Below are positions 18,009-26,396 of a DNA stretch of 64,000 nt, piece after piece. The stretch is from a virus. Taxonomy: Duplodnaviria > Caudoviricetes. A program made the translations under genes and the position numbers. Within the stretch, counting starts at the first letter, position 1, and the number at the start of each line of letters is the position of its first letter. The notes under the pieces were generated by a model that worked only from the letters and a program-made list of their open reading frames with translations, did not search any database and was not told the DNA's origin. The DNA is taken from IMG/VR virus record IMGVR_UViG_3300020171_000005, positions 887 to 64,886 of that record; one strand, given 5' to 3'.

Positions 18009-18905
18009 CTAACCTCTACTACTTGCATCTTCAACTCCCTTCCTGATTAGGGGGTTACCCTCGTAGGACTCCTTCTCAAGCACTTCTGGTTTCAGCCTGC
18101 TGTATATCTCAGGCATTCTGGCACTTTTCCAGCCGTGGAGTTTCTGTATTCTCATTGAGTCCATGCCCGCACTAGCTTCCCAAGTAACACAGGTCCTCCT
18201 CAAGCTATGCATTCCACATCCCTTAGGCTTCCCCAATGTTATCATATACCCCCTGAACCTCTTCGTCAGTGTACTATCTGGCATCCTGTTTCCACGTGGG
18301 GAAAGGAAAAGAGGAGCATCACTATGTCTATACTTCCCATTCCAGAACATCCTTGGTCCTGCTATGTAATCATCCAACGCTTTAACAGTCTCCACATCAA
18401 GGGTTCTCACCCTACGCTCTCCGTGCTTCTTCGTCTCTATCTTCAGCCTCGGTGGGCTGTAATCACTTAAATTCAACTCCCTTAACTCCCTCTTCCGTAT
18501 TCCAGTAACCAAATCTAATCTAAACATAGCGTAGTCCATCGGGTCAGCCTTAGCAAGCTCCAATAACATTTGAGCTTCATCCGTCTCCAGGTATGGACGT
18601 TCTGGTTCCACCTCGCCAGGTAGATCACCTATATCTATGTTGAGGGAATTCCACTCCTCTTCACTTCTAGTAATCTTGAAGAACCCACGTACCACCTGGA
18701 AAGCCCATCTTATGTAGTTAGCTGAGTTCCTTTCCTCTAAGCTCTCAAAGTAGGCCAGTATGCTCTCTTGGTTTAGCTCACCATTAGTAAACATAATAAG
18801 AGAATTCACCACACGGAGATACCTGTACTGGGTTTCAGGTACAAGTCTCTGTATCTTCTTACTGTCCACATACTTGCGATATTCAGGGCTTAATGTAGTT
18901 ACCAT
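18009..18905 (-). CDS. Tyrosine recombinase/integrase (XerC/D-like)
   Basis: TGIRKREL (R), HSLRR (HxxR), LHGW, terminal EIYSR (Y). Confidence 0.9.
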   Translation of the reverse strand: MVTTLSPEYRKYVDSKKIQRLVPETQYRYLRVVNSLIMFTNGELNQESILAYFESLEERNSANYIRWAFQVVRGFFKITRSEEEWNSLNIDIGDLPGEVEPERPYLETDEAQMLLELAKADPMDYAMFRLDLVTGIRKRELRELNLSDYSPPRLKIETKKHGERRVRTLDVETVKALDDYIAGPRMFWNGKYRHSDAPLFLSPRGNRMPDSTLTKRFRGYMITLGKPKGCGMHSLRRTCVTWEASAGMDSMRIQKLHGWKSARMPEIYSRLKPEVLEKESYEGNPLIRKGVEDASSRG

Positions 18906-19083
18906 TATCTCTGTCCCCTATTGGTTCTCCTCTCAATGTCACTCTTACAGTGCATGGACATGGGCCGCCATTAGGTAACTGGTCATTACAGCCTATCCAG
19001 TCATGGTAACCTCTTCTATGTCCACACTCAGTACATATATCATCCGCCCAAGTACCCAGTGGACTATATGGAGTTTCTGGCAT
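18883..19083 (-). CDS. Small Cys/His metal-binding protein
   Basis: CTECGH...H...C...CPC. Confidence 0.5.
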   Translation of the reverse strand: MPETPYSPLGTWADDICTECGHRRGYHDWIGCNDQLPNGGPCPCTVRVTLRGEPIGDRDNGNYIKP

Positions 19084-19111
19084 TATAATCTCTCCTTAAT
19101 GTACCCACCAT

Positions 19112-19423
19112 CTAGTCATCCTTCGTTTGTTGTGTCAGGTTGTCAGCATATTTCAGGAATCTCTGTATGGTCTTGATGTTCTTTCTCATCTTAAGTGCTA
19201 TGTCATTTGTGCTCGACCCTGCCTTTGCCATCCTCTGAGCCTCTAGAGCTGACTCATGTTTACCGGAGTGGATGATGTTGGGGCCTCTCTCTACCATGAT
19301 GCATCTGTCATAGGGGCAACATTGGGTGCAGAAGTCTATCCCTGCCTGTGAAACTGGGTCGGAGATACCCTCTTTGGTCAGTGCTCCACAGGGTCGGTAA
19401 GCATTGCTTCCTCTCCCCATCAT
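19112..19423 (-). CDS. Cys-cluster plus C-terminal HTH regulator
   Basis: CTQCCPYDRC; GSSTNDIALKMRKNIKTIQRFL HTH. Confidence 0.65.
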   Translation of the reverse strand: MMGRGSNAYRPCGALTKEGISDPVSQAGIDFCTQCCPYDRCIMVERGPNIIHSGKHESALEAQRMAKAGSSTNDIALKMRKNIKTIQRFLKYADNLTQQTKDD

Positions 19424-19845
19424 ATTCTCCTGATGTACTCACCATAAGTCGCGTATTCCCACTCAAAGGGTCGATACCATAATCTCAGTGGGTGGTTCCA
19501 AACATACTCTGGGGCTCTATCTCCCTTCCTAGTCAGCCTAAAATATACCTTAGGCTCTAAATCCTCATGTATAGGATCTCCTATTGGGTTATCAGCCTCT
19601 TCTGACCTTTCTGTTCTCTCGATTAACCCAGCTCTAGCTAAAGACCTAATGTATACCAGTTGAGAGCGATAGGTCCCCAATCTGTAAATATTTCCCTTTG
19701 TGGTCTTAGCCCCTCTGTAGGTCCTCTTATACTCCTGATGAATATCAGTGGGAGAGCCCTCACCATGTTCTCGGAGGAAGTCACGGATGAATACTCCCAA
19801 AGGGGGAGGAGTATCTATTACCTCTAACGTTATTTCTTCAGCCAT
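19420..19845 (-). CDS. Putative winged-helix DNA-binding protein
   Basis: YIRSLARAGLIER...YFRLTRKG pattern. Confidence 0.65.
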   Translation of the reverse strand: MAEEITLEVIDTPPPLGVFIRDFLREHGEGSPTDIHQEYKRTYRGAKTTKGNIYRLGTYRSQLVYIRSLARAGLIERTERSEEADNPIGDPIHEDLEPKVYFRLTRKGDRAPEYVWNHPLRLWYRPFEWEYATYGEYIRRI

Positions 19846-20031
19846 CGTTCATGCCTCTCTTTTACCCAAGTCCAGTCATCACTCTCTAATAACTTCGGGA
19901 GGGGGAAGCTTATACCATGTCTACATAGCAAGTAGTTTCCCCCAAAGCCAGGAAACCTTATTGAGCAGTCCAGTAACTTATTAAGTTTACTCCCCAAGGA
20001 GTCCATCTCATTCCACTTATCCTGTTGTATG

Positions 20032-20424
20032 TTAATCTCCTTCTAAGAACAAATAATATGATTCGGACATGGGGAAATCTATTAGCGGTTCATCATAGCC
20101 ACAATGCTGGCAAAAGATGTAAGGGTAACCGATAATTATTTGGGTTGAATAGCAACGTGGGCATCTTCTTGTTAAGGGTGATTCTGGCTCTGGCTCTACT
20201 TTATCCTCATTCTCCCATCTCCAGATTGTGAACTCAGGGTATTCAACTTTAATCCAGGCTCCATCCGGATGCTCGAGTTCTATTTCTTGAACCTCAGCCT
20301 CGAAGAAACCCGGCTCCCCAGGAACTATCATGTGGAATTGATAGACCTTAACATTTGGCCATTCGGTAGGATTGAAAGGCTCTTCTGGGACGATTATTAA
20401 ATCTTTAACCATCTGGTGTTTCAT
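20032..20424 (-). CDS. Zinc-ribbon hypothetical protein
   Basis: CPRC...CQHCG. Confidence 0.6.
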   Translation of the reverse strand: MKHQMVKDLIIVPEEPFNPTEWPNVKVYQFHMIVPGEPGFFEAEVQEIELEHPDGAWIKVEYPEFTIWRWENEDKVEPEPESPLTRRCPRCYSTQIIIGYPYIFCQHCGYDEPLIDFPMSESYYLFLEGD

Positions 20425-20493
20425 TTTCCGCCATTGCTTCCTCTTCTATGTCTTATACTCTATACTCTCCCTTTATTAGATTCTCAGCGGGGG

Positions 20494-20949
20494 CTACCGG
20501 CTGGCTAAGGTAAATGGCTTTGACAGATTATTAACTGATAGAGTAGATGGTTCCCAATCCTCACCATTCCTGTAGAGCAAATAACATGCAGAAATGAGAG
20601 TGGTGATAAGCGGCGAAGTAACGTTCTTCTTTTGGCCGGCAGCTAATTCTACCGATTGTGTATCCTCCAATATTTTCCCAACTCCGTCCTCGGTATAAGT
20701 ATAGACGAATGTAACATCATATACTCCTTTTGTCCCGCCTGTATTTTGGACGTCGACACTAACGACTTCACAAGGCATGTCAGCGTCACTATCTATCACT
20801 ACCTGTAAGTTGTCCACAATGAACTCGGCTGGCATTAGTTCCTCAACGGTTGGCTCTTCCACCACTGGTCCACTGATTGGCGCTGTACCACAGCCCATTG
20901 CGAACACAGTCAACACTAGCATGATTGCGATTAGTAACCTTTTCTTCAT
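20494..20949 (-). CDS. Predicted lipoprotein with CARDB/Ig-like domain
   Basis: MKKRLLIAIMLVLTVFAMG-C lipobox; VSVDVQNTGG...VELAAGQKKNV. Confidence 0.7.
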   Translation of the reverse strand: MKKRLLIAIMLVLTVFAMGCGTAPISGPVVEEPTVEELMPAEFIVDNLQVVIDSDADMPCEVVSVDVQNTGGTKGVYDVTFVYTYTEDGVGKILEDTQSVELAAGQKKNVTSPLITTLISACYLLYRNGEDWEPSTLSVNNLSKPFTLASR

Positions 20950-21127
20950 TTTCTCCTCTCCATCCTTATGCAATGCTTACAAGTAACTTCCTCAGTGGTC
21001 TCTCTGACATCTTTATTGTCTTGCCAAAGCAAGCCACAAACTGTATCATTACGACCCTCATGTATCTTATGAACAGGCCATCTTTTCCCATTCCGCTTTA
21101 TATTCATCTTGACCCCTTACACTCGGT

Positions 21128-21421
21128 TCATCCCCACCGGCGGGCTTGGCCAATCAAATCTCTTAATGGGACAAGTTTATTATGGTAGTAAGTTCCTTCA
21201 AGCTCGGGGAAGGAGACCCATACGTAGGGCTCTCTACGTGAGAGGGTTGCTTTAGGAGCTATTCCAGTAATAGTACCTGGTCTTACTTGACCTCTGTGGA
21301 AGGCCTTTACTTCAAGCCCCTTAGGTATTCTACTTTCCAATCTCTTAAACCAGGGAGCCTCTCTCACGAGTCTAAGTGGAGGGTATGGTGGCGCTGGGAT
21401 ATAGTCTTTCAAATTCTCCAT
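21128..21421 (-). CDS. Hypothetical (SH3/KOW-like) protein with Pro-rich N-terminus
   Basis: First gene of leftward block; DYIPAPPYPPLR; G.I.GI...VWVSF. Confidence 0.6.
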   Translation of the reverse strand: MENLKDYIPAPPYPPLRLVREAPWFKRLESRIPKGLEVKAFHRGQVRPGTITGIAPKATLSRREPYVWVSFPELEGTYYHNKLVPLRDLIGQARRWG

Positions 21422-21483
21422 GTTCTCCTCCTTAGGTTATCCACCTTTGAGTTCATTCCTATAAAACTAATAGTATCATATCA

Positions 21484-21584
21484 AATATAGCAAACGTTAT
21501 CCGCTATGTCAAATGATGTGGAAGGTGGATTTACATCCCACCTCCTAGCCACCTTTGACATATGGGTCATAAATATTGTATAAT
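21484..21584. promoter_or_regulatory. Divergent promoter pair
   Basis: Plus: TTGACA(21555)-18-TATAAT(21579). Minus: TTGACA(21507-21512)-17-TATATT. Confidence 0.7.
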
Positions 21585-21612
21585 TACGTAAACAAATGAA
21601 AGGAGGTACCTA

Positions 21613-21825
21613 ATGAAAGACCAATTGAGTGCTAGGAATGTAGCTTATGTCAATAGCCAGATAGCCTGTGCGATGGTGGAGCTAGAAGCCATGAAGGCAG
21701 AGAATGCCCAAAGGGAAAGGAACGGTGAGGCCCTGGCTTGGAGCTATAATGAATTCCTCAACCTCATTGATAAGTACCAGATGAGCCACAATGCTACACT
21801 AGCCAATCTTAATGCCGGTCAGTAA
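21613..21825 (+). CDS. Hypothetical phage protein
   Basis: AGGAGG RBS; MKAENAQRE...G.ALAW motif. Confidence 0.7.
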   Translation: MKDQLSARNVAYVNSQIACAMVELEAMKAENAQRERNGEALAWSYNEFLNLIDKYQMSHNATLANLNAGQ

Positions 21826-21849
21826 TAAATAACATAAGGAGGAACCCAA

Positions 21850-22188
21850 ATGAAAGACCCGTATGGAGTATTAGAACTTACCCGTAAGCTGGACAGGGAG
21901 CCCAACATAGACACTGCACTCCATATCATAATGTGGGAGCTGGGGGATTTGGCTAAGTCTCATGTCTATTCTAACTGGCATCCTGACCTAGCTACTTCCT
22001 ACAGAGCAGAAGCTAAGCTAGCCCTGGCAAGTCTACTCTTCCAAGTCCACGTAGTGGCTGCTCTCCTCGAGGCCTCTCCTACAGAGCTCCTTAACATTGG
22101 GATAGCTACAGTCCAGGACCGGATCAATGAGATGGAGAAGAAGATAGGGAGATTTGAGCATTATATAGGAGAGAAGAAGGATGAGTGA
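21850..22188 (+). CDS. MazG-like all-alpha NTP pyrophosphatase homolog (possibly degenerate)
   Basis: WELGDLAK...LASLLFQV; position in nucleotide operon. Confidence 0.5.
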   Translation: MKDPYGVLELTRKLDREPNIDTALHIIMWELGDLAKSHVYSNWHPDLATSYRAEAKLALASLLFQVHVVAALLEASPTELLNIGIATVQDRINEMEKKIGRFEHYIGEKKDE

Positions 22189-22729
22189 ATGTAGAACATG
22201 TGAGTCATTTAGAGGTTACCTCATCCACTCTAGTCCCCATATAGGGAGTTGTTACAGAGAAGGCAAATGGAGGAAGTGGATCTCTAAGCCTGATTACAGA
22301 GGACCCGTTGACTGTCCACATTATCAGTTTAAACCGGAATACCCAGCAGCTTCCTTTAAGCCAGATACCATAGAAGAGCTATTCTCCATGCAACAGGTTA
22401 TAATGGACCACGTCCCTGGAGGTGACACCCCTGAAGCTATGGCCCACCAAATTACCTGTGGGTTAGGAATCATCGAGGAAACGATGGAGTACCTTAACTC
22501 TATTGGTCGTAAGCCCTGGAGGCCAGTTCCTCTTCCTCCTGAGAAACAACTTGAGGAGCTGGTAGACATCCTCCACTTCTACCTGGAGCTGATCCTCAGG
22601 TCTCCATTTGACTGGGGAGACCTAGTAATAGAATACAAGCGTAAGCATGCAATAAACCTTCAACGTTATGAAGCTGGTTCTAGGGGGGATTTCTCGTGGG
22701 ACGATAAAGGTATGAAGGGGGAGCTATGA
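22181..22729 (+). CDS. Dimeric (all-alpha) dUTPase/dCTPase family
   Basis: IEETME...KPW...LEELVDILHF...YKRKHAINLQR. Confidence 0.8.
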   Translation: MSECRTCESFRGYLIHSSPHIGSCYREGKWRKWISKPDYRGPVDCPHYQFKPEYPAASFKPDTIEELFSMQQVIMDHVPGGDTPEAMAHQITCGLGIIEETMEYLNSIGRKPWRPVPLPPEKQLEELVDILHFYLELILRSPFDWGDLVIEYKRKHAINLQRYEAGSRGDFSWDDKGMKGEL

Positions 22730-23145
22730 CTGATTTCAAAGGCTATGATGTAGGCCCAAAGCCTAAGATTATCTGCCTGTGTGGATCTACCAGGTTCATA
22801 GAACAGTTCGCAATAACATCCTGGGAGCTTGAGAAACAGGGGCACATCACCGTAGGTTGCCACTACCTACCCCCTTCTTACTTTGAAAGTAAAGGCAAGC
22901 TGGTAGTTACTGACCACCTAGCAGAAAGTGAAGGTGAAGACTGTAAGGAACATATGGACAGGCTCCACTTCAGGAAGATAGAACTAGCTGACGAGATTTT
23001 TGTCCTCAATGTAGGTGGCTACGTTGGGGAGTCAACGCAGAGGGAGATAAATTACGCGAGGTCATTGGGGAAGAAGGTGAGGTGGTTCGAGCACAACATA
23101 CCACTCTGGAAGAAAACTCTAAATAGGATAAGGGGGGAGTTATAA
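22726..23145 (+). CDS. Nucleoside 2-deoxyribosyltransferase-like / DUF4406-type protein
   Basis: ICLCGSTRF...HFRKIELADEIFVLNVGGYVGESTQREINYA. Confidence 0.7.
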   Translation: MTDFKGYDVGPKPKIICLCGSTRFIEQFAITSWELEKQGHITVGCHYLPPSYFESKGKLVVTDHLAESEGEDCKEHMDRLHFRKIELADEIFVLNVGGYVGESTQREINYARSLGKKVRWFEHNIPLWKKTLNRIRGEL

Positions 23146-23777
23146 TGGAGATCATTTCACCAAGCCATAAAATCATGAGTCCCATAGACACAGACCTGAT
23201 AATGTTGAAGTTGGAGGAATGTGGTAGGACTGCTTATAAGTCAGAAGACAAGATAACTCCAGGCTCTGCTGAGAAATTCATTAAGTCTATAATGAAGCGT
23301 GGGCATGAGAGTGTCATAGAGCATGTTAGTCTTACCGTGAGGTTTATCTGTGACCGTGGAGTTACCCATGAATTAGTAAGGCACAGGTTAGTAGCTTATA
23401 CTCAGGAATCTACCAGATACTGCAACTACCACAAAAGGGGAATACAGGTAATCAGGCCACCTTTCTGGCACAATGAATATCATCTCTATAGCCACTGGAT
23501 TCACGCAATGGAGTTCGCAGAGACAGCATATGATTACCTTATAGAGAATGGTGCTACTCCCCAAGAGGCAAGATCAGTTCTACCTAATTCCCTTAAGACT
23601 GAGATAGTATGTACTACCAACTTAAGAGAGTGGAGACACATACTCAAACTGAGGACCTCTAAGGCTGCTCACCCCCAGATGAGAGAGTTAATGGTCCCCT
23701 TACTTAGAGAACTTCAGGAGAAACTTCCGGTGATCTTCGGAGACATCGGGGAAGAGGAGGATCCACATAATGAATAA
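23145..23777 (+). CDS. thyX: FAD-dependent thymidylate synthase ThyX
   Basis: GHESVIEH, HELVRHRLVAYTQESTRY (RHRx7S motif), EARSVLP, NLREW, AHPQMR. Confidence 0.95.
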   Translation: MEIISPSHKIMSPIDTDLIMLKLEECGRTAYKSEDKITPGSAEKFIKSIMKRGHESVIEHVSLTVRFICDRGVTHELVRHRLVAYTQESTRYCNYHKRGIQVIRPPFWHNEYHLYSHWIHAMEFAETAYDYLIENGATPQEARSVLPNSLKTEIVCTTNLREWRHILKLRTSKAAHPQMRELMVPLLRELQEKLPVIFGDIGEEEDPHNE

Positions 23778-23931
23778 GGACCAGTCTAAGAAGCTGGCTG
23801 AAGAGCATTGGAAGTGGCTTGAGTCTGTACTTGCAGTGCAGAGGGAGATGGAGAAGAAATTATTCATTGATGGTTGGGTCCATGGAGCTAAACACCAAAA
23901 GGAGTCCACTGATGCTAAACGTCCAAACTAG
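23770..23931 (+). CDS. Small hypothetical protein (53 aa)
   Basis: Hand translation MNKDQSKKLAEEHWKWL...; RBS GAGGAGG; bridges thyX and the next gene. Confidence 0.55.
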   Translation: MNKDQSKKLAEEHWKWLESVLAVQREMEKKLFIDGWVHGAKHQKESTDAKRPN

Positions 23932-24649
23932 TAACCTCAACGACCTATTCACCACATCTATGTCCGAGCTAATGAACAACCCACAACATTGGGACGCACA
24001 GCAGACCCCTCGTCTCCTGTCCTACAGTAACCTACTCCAGGCTGAATCCACATCCTTCGACTTTGACCTATCCCATGTTGGCTTCACTAAAACCCGTTGG
24101 GCTCGTTATTGCCATCAATACCTTGATAAGGAAGCCCTCGACGTATGGCTGGAGAACCTCAAGTATATATCTAAACGAGGAGATAATCTATTCCGGTCTA
24201 AGGATGCAGTCCGCCGTCTCCGTGAGCATGCTCATGGATCCTGTTGGCTGGGTCTATCCTACCGTAACCAGCCACGTACTCTTGTTCTATACTCACGGGT
24301 TGCAGAGTTCCCCACAAGAGCAGCTCTTGAGCTTACTATGTGCCACTTAGTTGGACAGGAGATAAAGAAGAGATTAGGTAATGATGAACCAATCCGCCTC
24401 GTGTGGTTTATTTCGTCTTTGTTCTTGAGCTGTCTTCACATGCTACCTTGGTTGGCTAGGAATAACATCCTTGAGGAGACTTACGCCAGAGACGATCCTG
24501 TGGGGCATTTTGTCAGGCACCAAATAGACCACATAGCAAAAGGGAACGTCCGCTATGGGCCCACAAAACGTATGGCTAGAAGACTTGAACAGCTTAGAGA
24601 AGGAATTGTAGTCCCAGTTCCTATTAAGGAATTGAGTCTATGGATATAG
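23912..24649 (+). CDS. Degenerate thymidylate-synthase-fold protein
   Basis: HGSCWLG...LVLYSRVAE resembles PC...YxRSxD core; start reassigned to ATG 23912 after AAGGAG. Confidence 0.5.
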   Translation: MLNVQTSNLNDLFTTSMSELMNNPQHWDAQQTPRLLSYSNLLQAESTSFDFDLSHVGFTKTRWARYCHQYLDKEALDVWLENLKYISKRGDNLFRSKDAVRRLREHAHGSCWLGLSYRNQPRTLVLYSRVAEFPTRAALELTMCHLVGQEIKKRLGNDEPIRLVWFISSLFLSCLHMLPWLARNNILEETYARDDPVGHFVRHQIDHIAKGNVRYGPTKRMARRLEQLREGIVVPVPIKELSLWI

Positions 24650-24671
24650 TAACATAAGGAGGAAAAACATC

Positions 24672-25469
24672 ATGGAGTACGAGTTAGATAGTCTCGGCCA
24701 AGCAGTCCACATCTCGGCACTTGGGTTACTTACTGCTGGCCAGATAGTAAGTACCAGTGGGTGGCAGGGCTTAAAGGCTATTAGGAGTGAATTTGATACC
24801 TTCGAGATAACCAACTGGAATTTCTCTGCTCCGGTAGTCCCATCCCTTGACTCTCTACGTGAGATGATAAAGCCTAATCTACCCTGGGCTGATGATCATT
24901 TCCTAGAACGTATAGGTGAAGAACCTCTAAACCCAGGAGTTCAATATCAAAACTGGCCTTACTACACTCCCGGCAGCTTTAAGAAGGGAGATAAATTCAC
25001 TCATACCTACATGGAAAGGTTCTGGCCCAAATTCGCTGAAGTTCCTATGGGGTCCACCTTCGGCGTGCCAAGGAATGGAATCCGTTATCCCTACGGTGAC
25101 CTCAATGACGTGGTCGACCTCCTACTCAGAGACCCGCTTACTCGCCAAGCATACTTCCCTATCTGGTTCCCAGAGGACACAGGAGCAGTTCACGGAGGTA
25201 GAGTCCCGTGTACATTAGGATACTACTTCCTCTGTCGTAATAACAAGCTCCACATATTCTACTCCATACGTTCCTGCGACCTTTTCCGCCATTTCCAGGA
25301 TGACCTTTACTTGGCTTGTAGGTTACTTCACTGGGTATACATGAAACTGGAGAATGAATTTTGGAGTAAGGTTGGCCTCGGTAGTATCACTATGAACATA
25401 TACTCCTTACACATATTCGCTAGCGAAGTGGATAAACTAAGAGATAAAATACTTAAGGGGGAATTATAA
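24672..25469 (+). CDS. Thymidylate-synthase-family enzyme, probably dCMP (hydroxy)methylase
   Basis: TRQAY, VPCT (catalytic Cys), IRSCDLFRHFQDD (Asp at the TS Asn position), SLHIF. Confidence 0.8.
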   Translation: MEYELDSLGQAVHISALGLLTAGQIVSTSGWQGLKAIRSEFDTFEITNWNFSAPVVPSLDSLREMIKPNLPWADDHFLERIGEEPLNPGVQYQNWPYYTPGSFKKGDKFTHTYMERFWPKFAEVPMGSTFGVPRNGIRYPYGDLNDVVDLLLRDPLTRQAYFPIWFPEDTGAVHGGRVPCTLGYYFLCRNNKLHIFYSIRSCDLFRHFQDDLYLACRLLHWVYMKLENEFWSKVGLGSITMNIYSLHIFASEVDKLRDKILKGEL

Positions 25470-25915
25470 TGGCAGACAGAATCTCCAGAGAAGAAGCCCT
25501 GATGCAAACGGCTGAACTTTGGGCAAAGAGGTCTACCTGCTTAAAACCTAATGGAGCTGTCATAGCTAGAGACGGGAGGGTAATTGCGATAGGTTACAAT
25601 GGGTCTCCTGCCGGACATCCACATTGTTTAGATGTAGGTTGTGATCCAGGGCCTGATGGGGGATGTCAAAGAACACTCCATGCGGAGGCCAATGCTATTG
25701 CGATGGCAGCCAGATTCGGTATATCCACAGAAGGGTCGTCTATGTATTGTACTTCCTCTCCATGCCCTATGTGCTCTAAGCTTATCATCAATACGGGGAT
25801 CTCGGAACTGATTTACCGTAATCCTTACAGACTTACCCAGGGACTAGACCTGTTGACTAAGTCTGGAATAAAAGTAAGCTGGTTACATAAGGAGAAGAAG
25901 GATGAGGAACGGTAA
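25469..25915 (+). CDS. dCMP deaminase
   Basis: RSTC, GYNG, HAEANA, PCPMC zinc motifs. Confidence 0.9.
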   Translation: MADRISREEALMQTAELWAKRSTCLKPNGAVIARDGRVIAIGYNGSPAGHPHCLDVGCDPGPDGGCQRTLHAEANAIAMAARFGISTEGSSMYCTSSPCPMCSKLIINTGISELIYRNPYRLTQGLDLLTKSGIKVSWLHKEKKDEER

Positions 25916-26396
25916 GAGAATCTCTGAAGAGGTAATTGCTCAGATTAAAGATCTTAAGAGTCAGGGGATGACACGCAATGAGATTGCCCAGGCTGTTAAT
26001 GTTAGTAAGACCACAGTAAGACGGTATCTTCGCCCTGAGGTGTTAGCTTTAATACGGAGTAGAAGAATCCACAGTCGAGTAAGGACTACTATCAATGGTA
26101 TAACGGGCTTTTACAGAGTTCAGAAGAGACCTAGACCAGAAAATTGTGAGATCTGTGGAGCCTATTGCCCCTCAGGTAAGAAGTTCTTACATTGGCACCA
26201 TTGGGATGACTACCACTTAGAATTAGGGATGTGGTTATGTACTTGGTGTCATATCTTTGGTAATGGAGTAGAGAATGGTAGATATGAAAAGTACTTAGAG
26301 TTAAAGGAGAAAGTATATGAACTGGCAGGACCTCTGGGACCAGATAAGGAACCAGAATTGCTCTCTATGCGACCTATCATCACAAAACCGGCATGA
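25902..26396 (+). CDS. HTH plus HNH-like (CxxC...HH...CxxCH) endonuclease
   Basis: N-terminal EIAQAVNVSKTTVRRYL; CEICG...WHHWDD...WLCTWCH. Confidence 0.6.
   Translation: MRNGKRISEEVIAQIKDLKSQGMTRNEIAQAVNVSKTTVRRYLRPEVLALIRSRRIHSRVRTTINGITGFYRVQKRPRPENCEICGAYCPSGKKFLHWHHWDDYHLELGMWLCTWCHIFGNGVENGRYEKYLELKEKVYELAGPLGPDKEPELLSMRPIITKPA

Noticed and set aside
18009-18905. Defined attP/attL/attR site
   Set aside because: No tRNA fragment, long direct repeat or host-gene boundary visible in the window
921-21490. Many plus-strand ORFs in the left block and opposite-strand ORFs elsewhere
   Set aside because: Ser/Leu/Phe-rich antisense shadows of better-supported genes, lacking an RBS
23819-23911. 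N-terminal extension given in the ORF track for the degenerate TS protein
   Set aside because: Region is better explained by a 53-aa ORF (23770..23931), with an RBS-supported ATG at 23912
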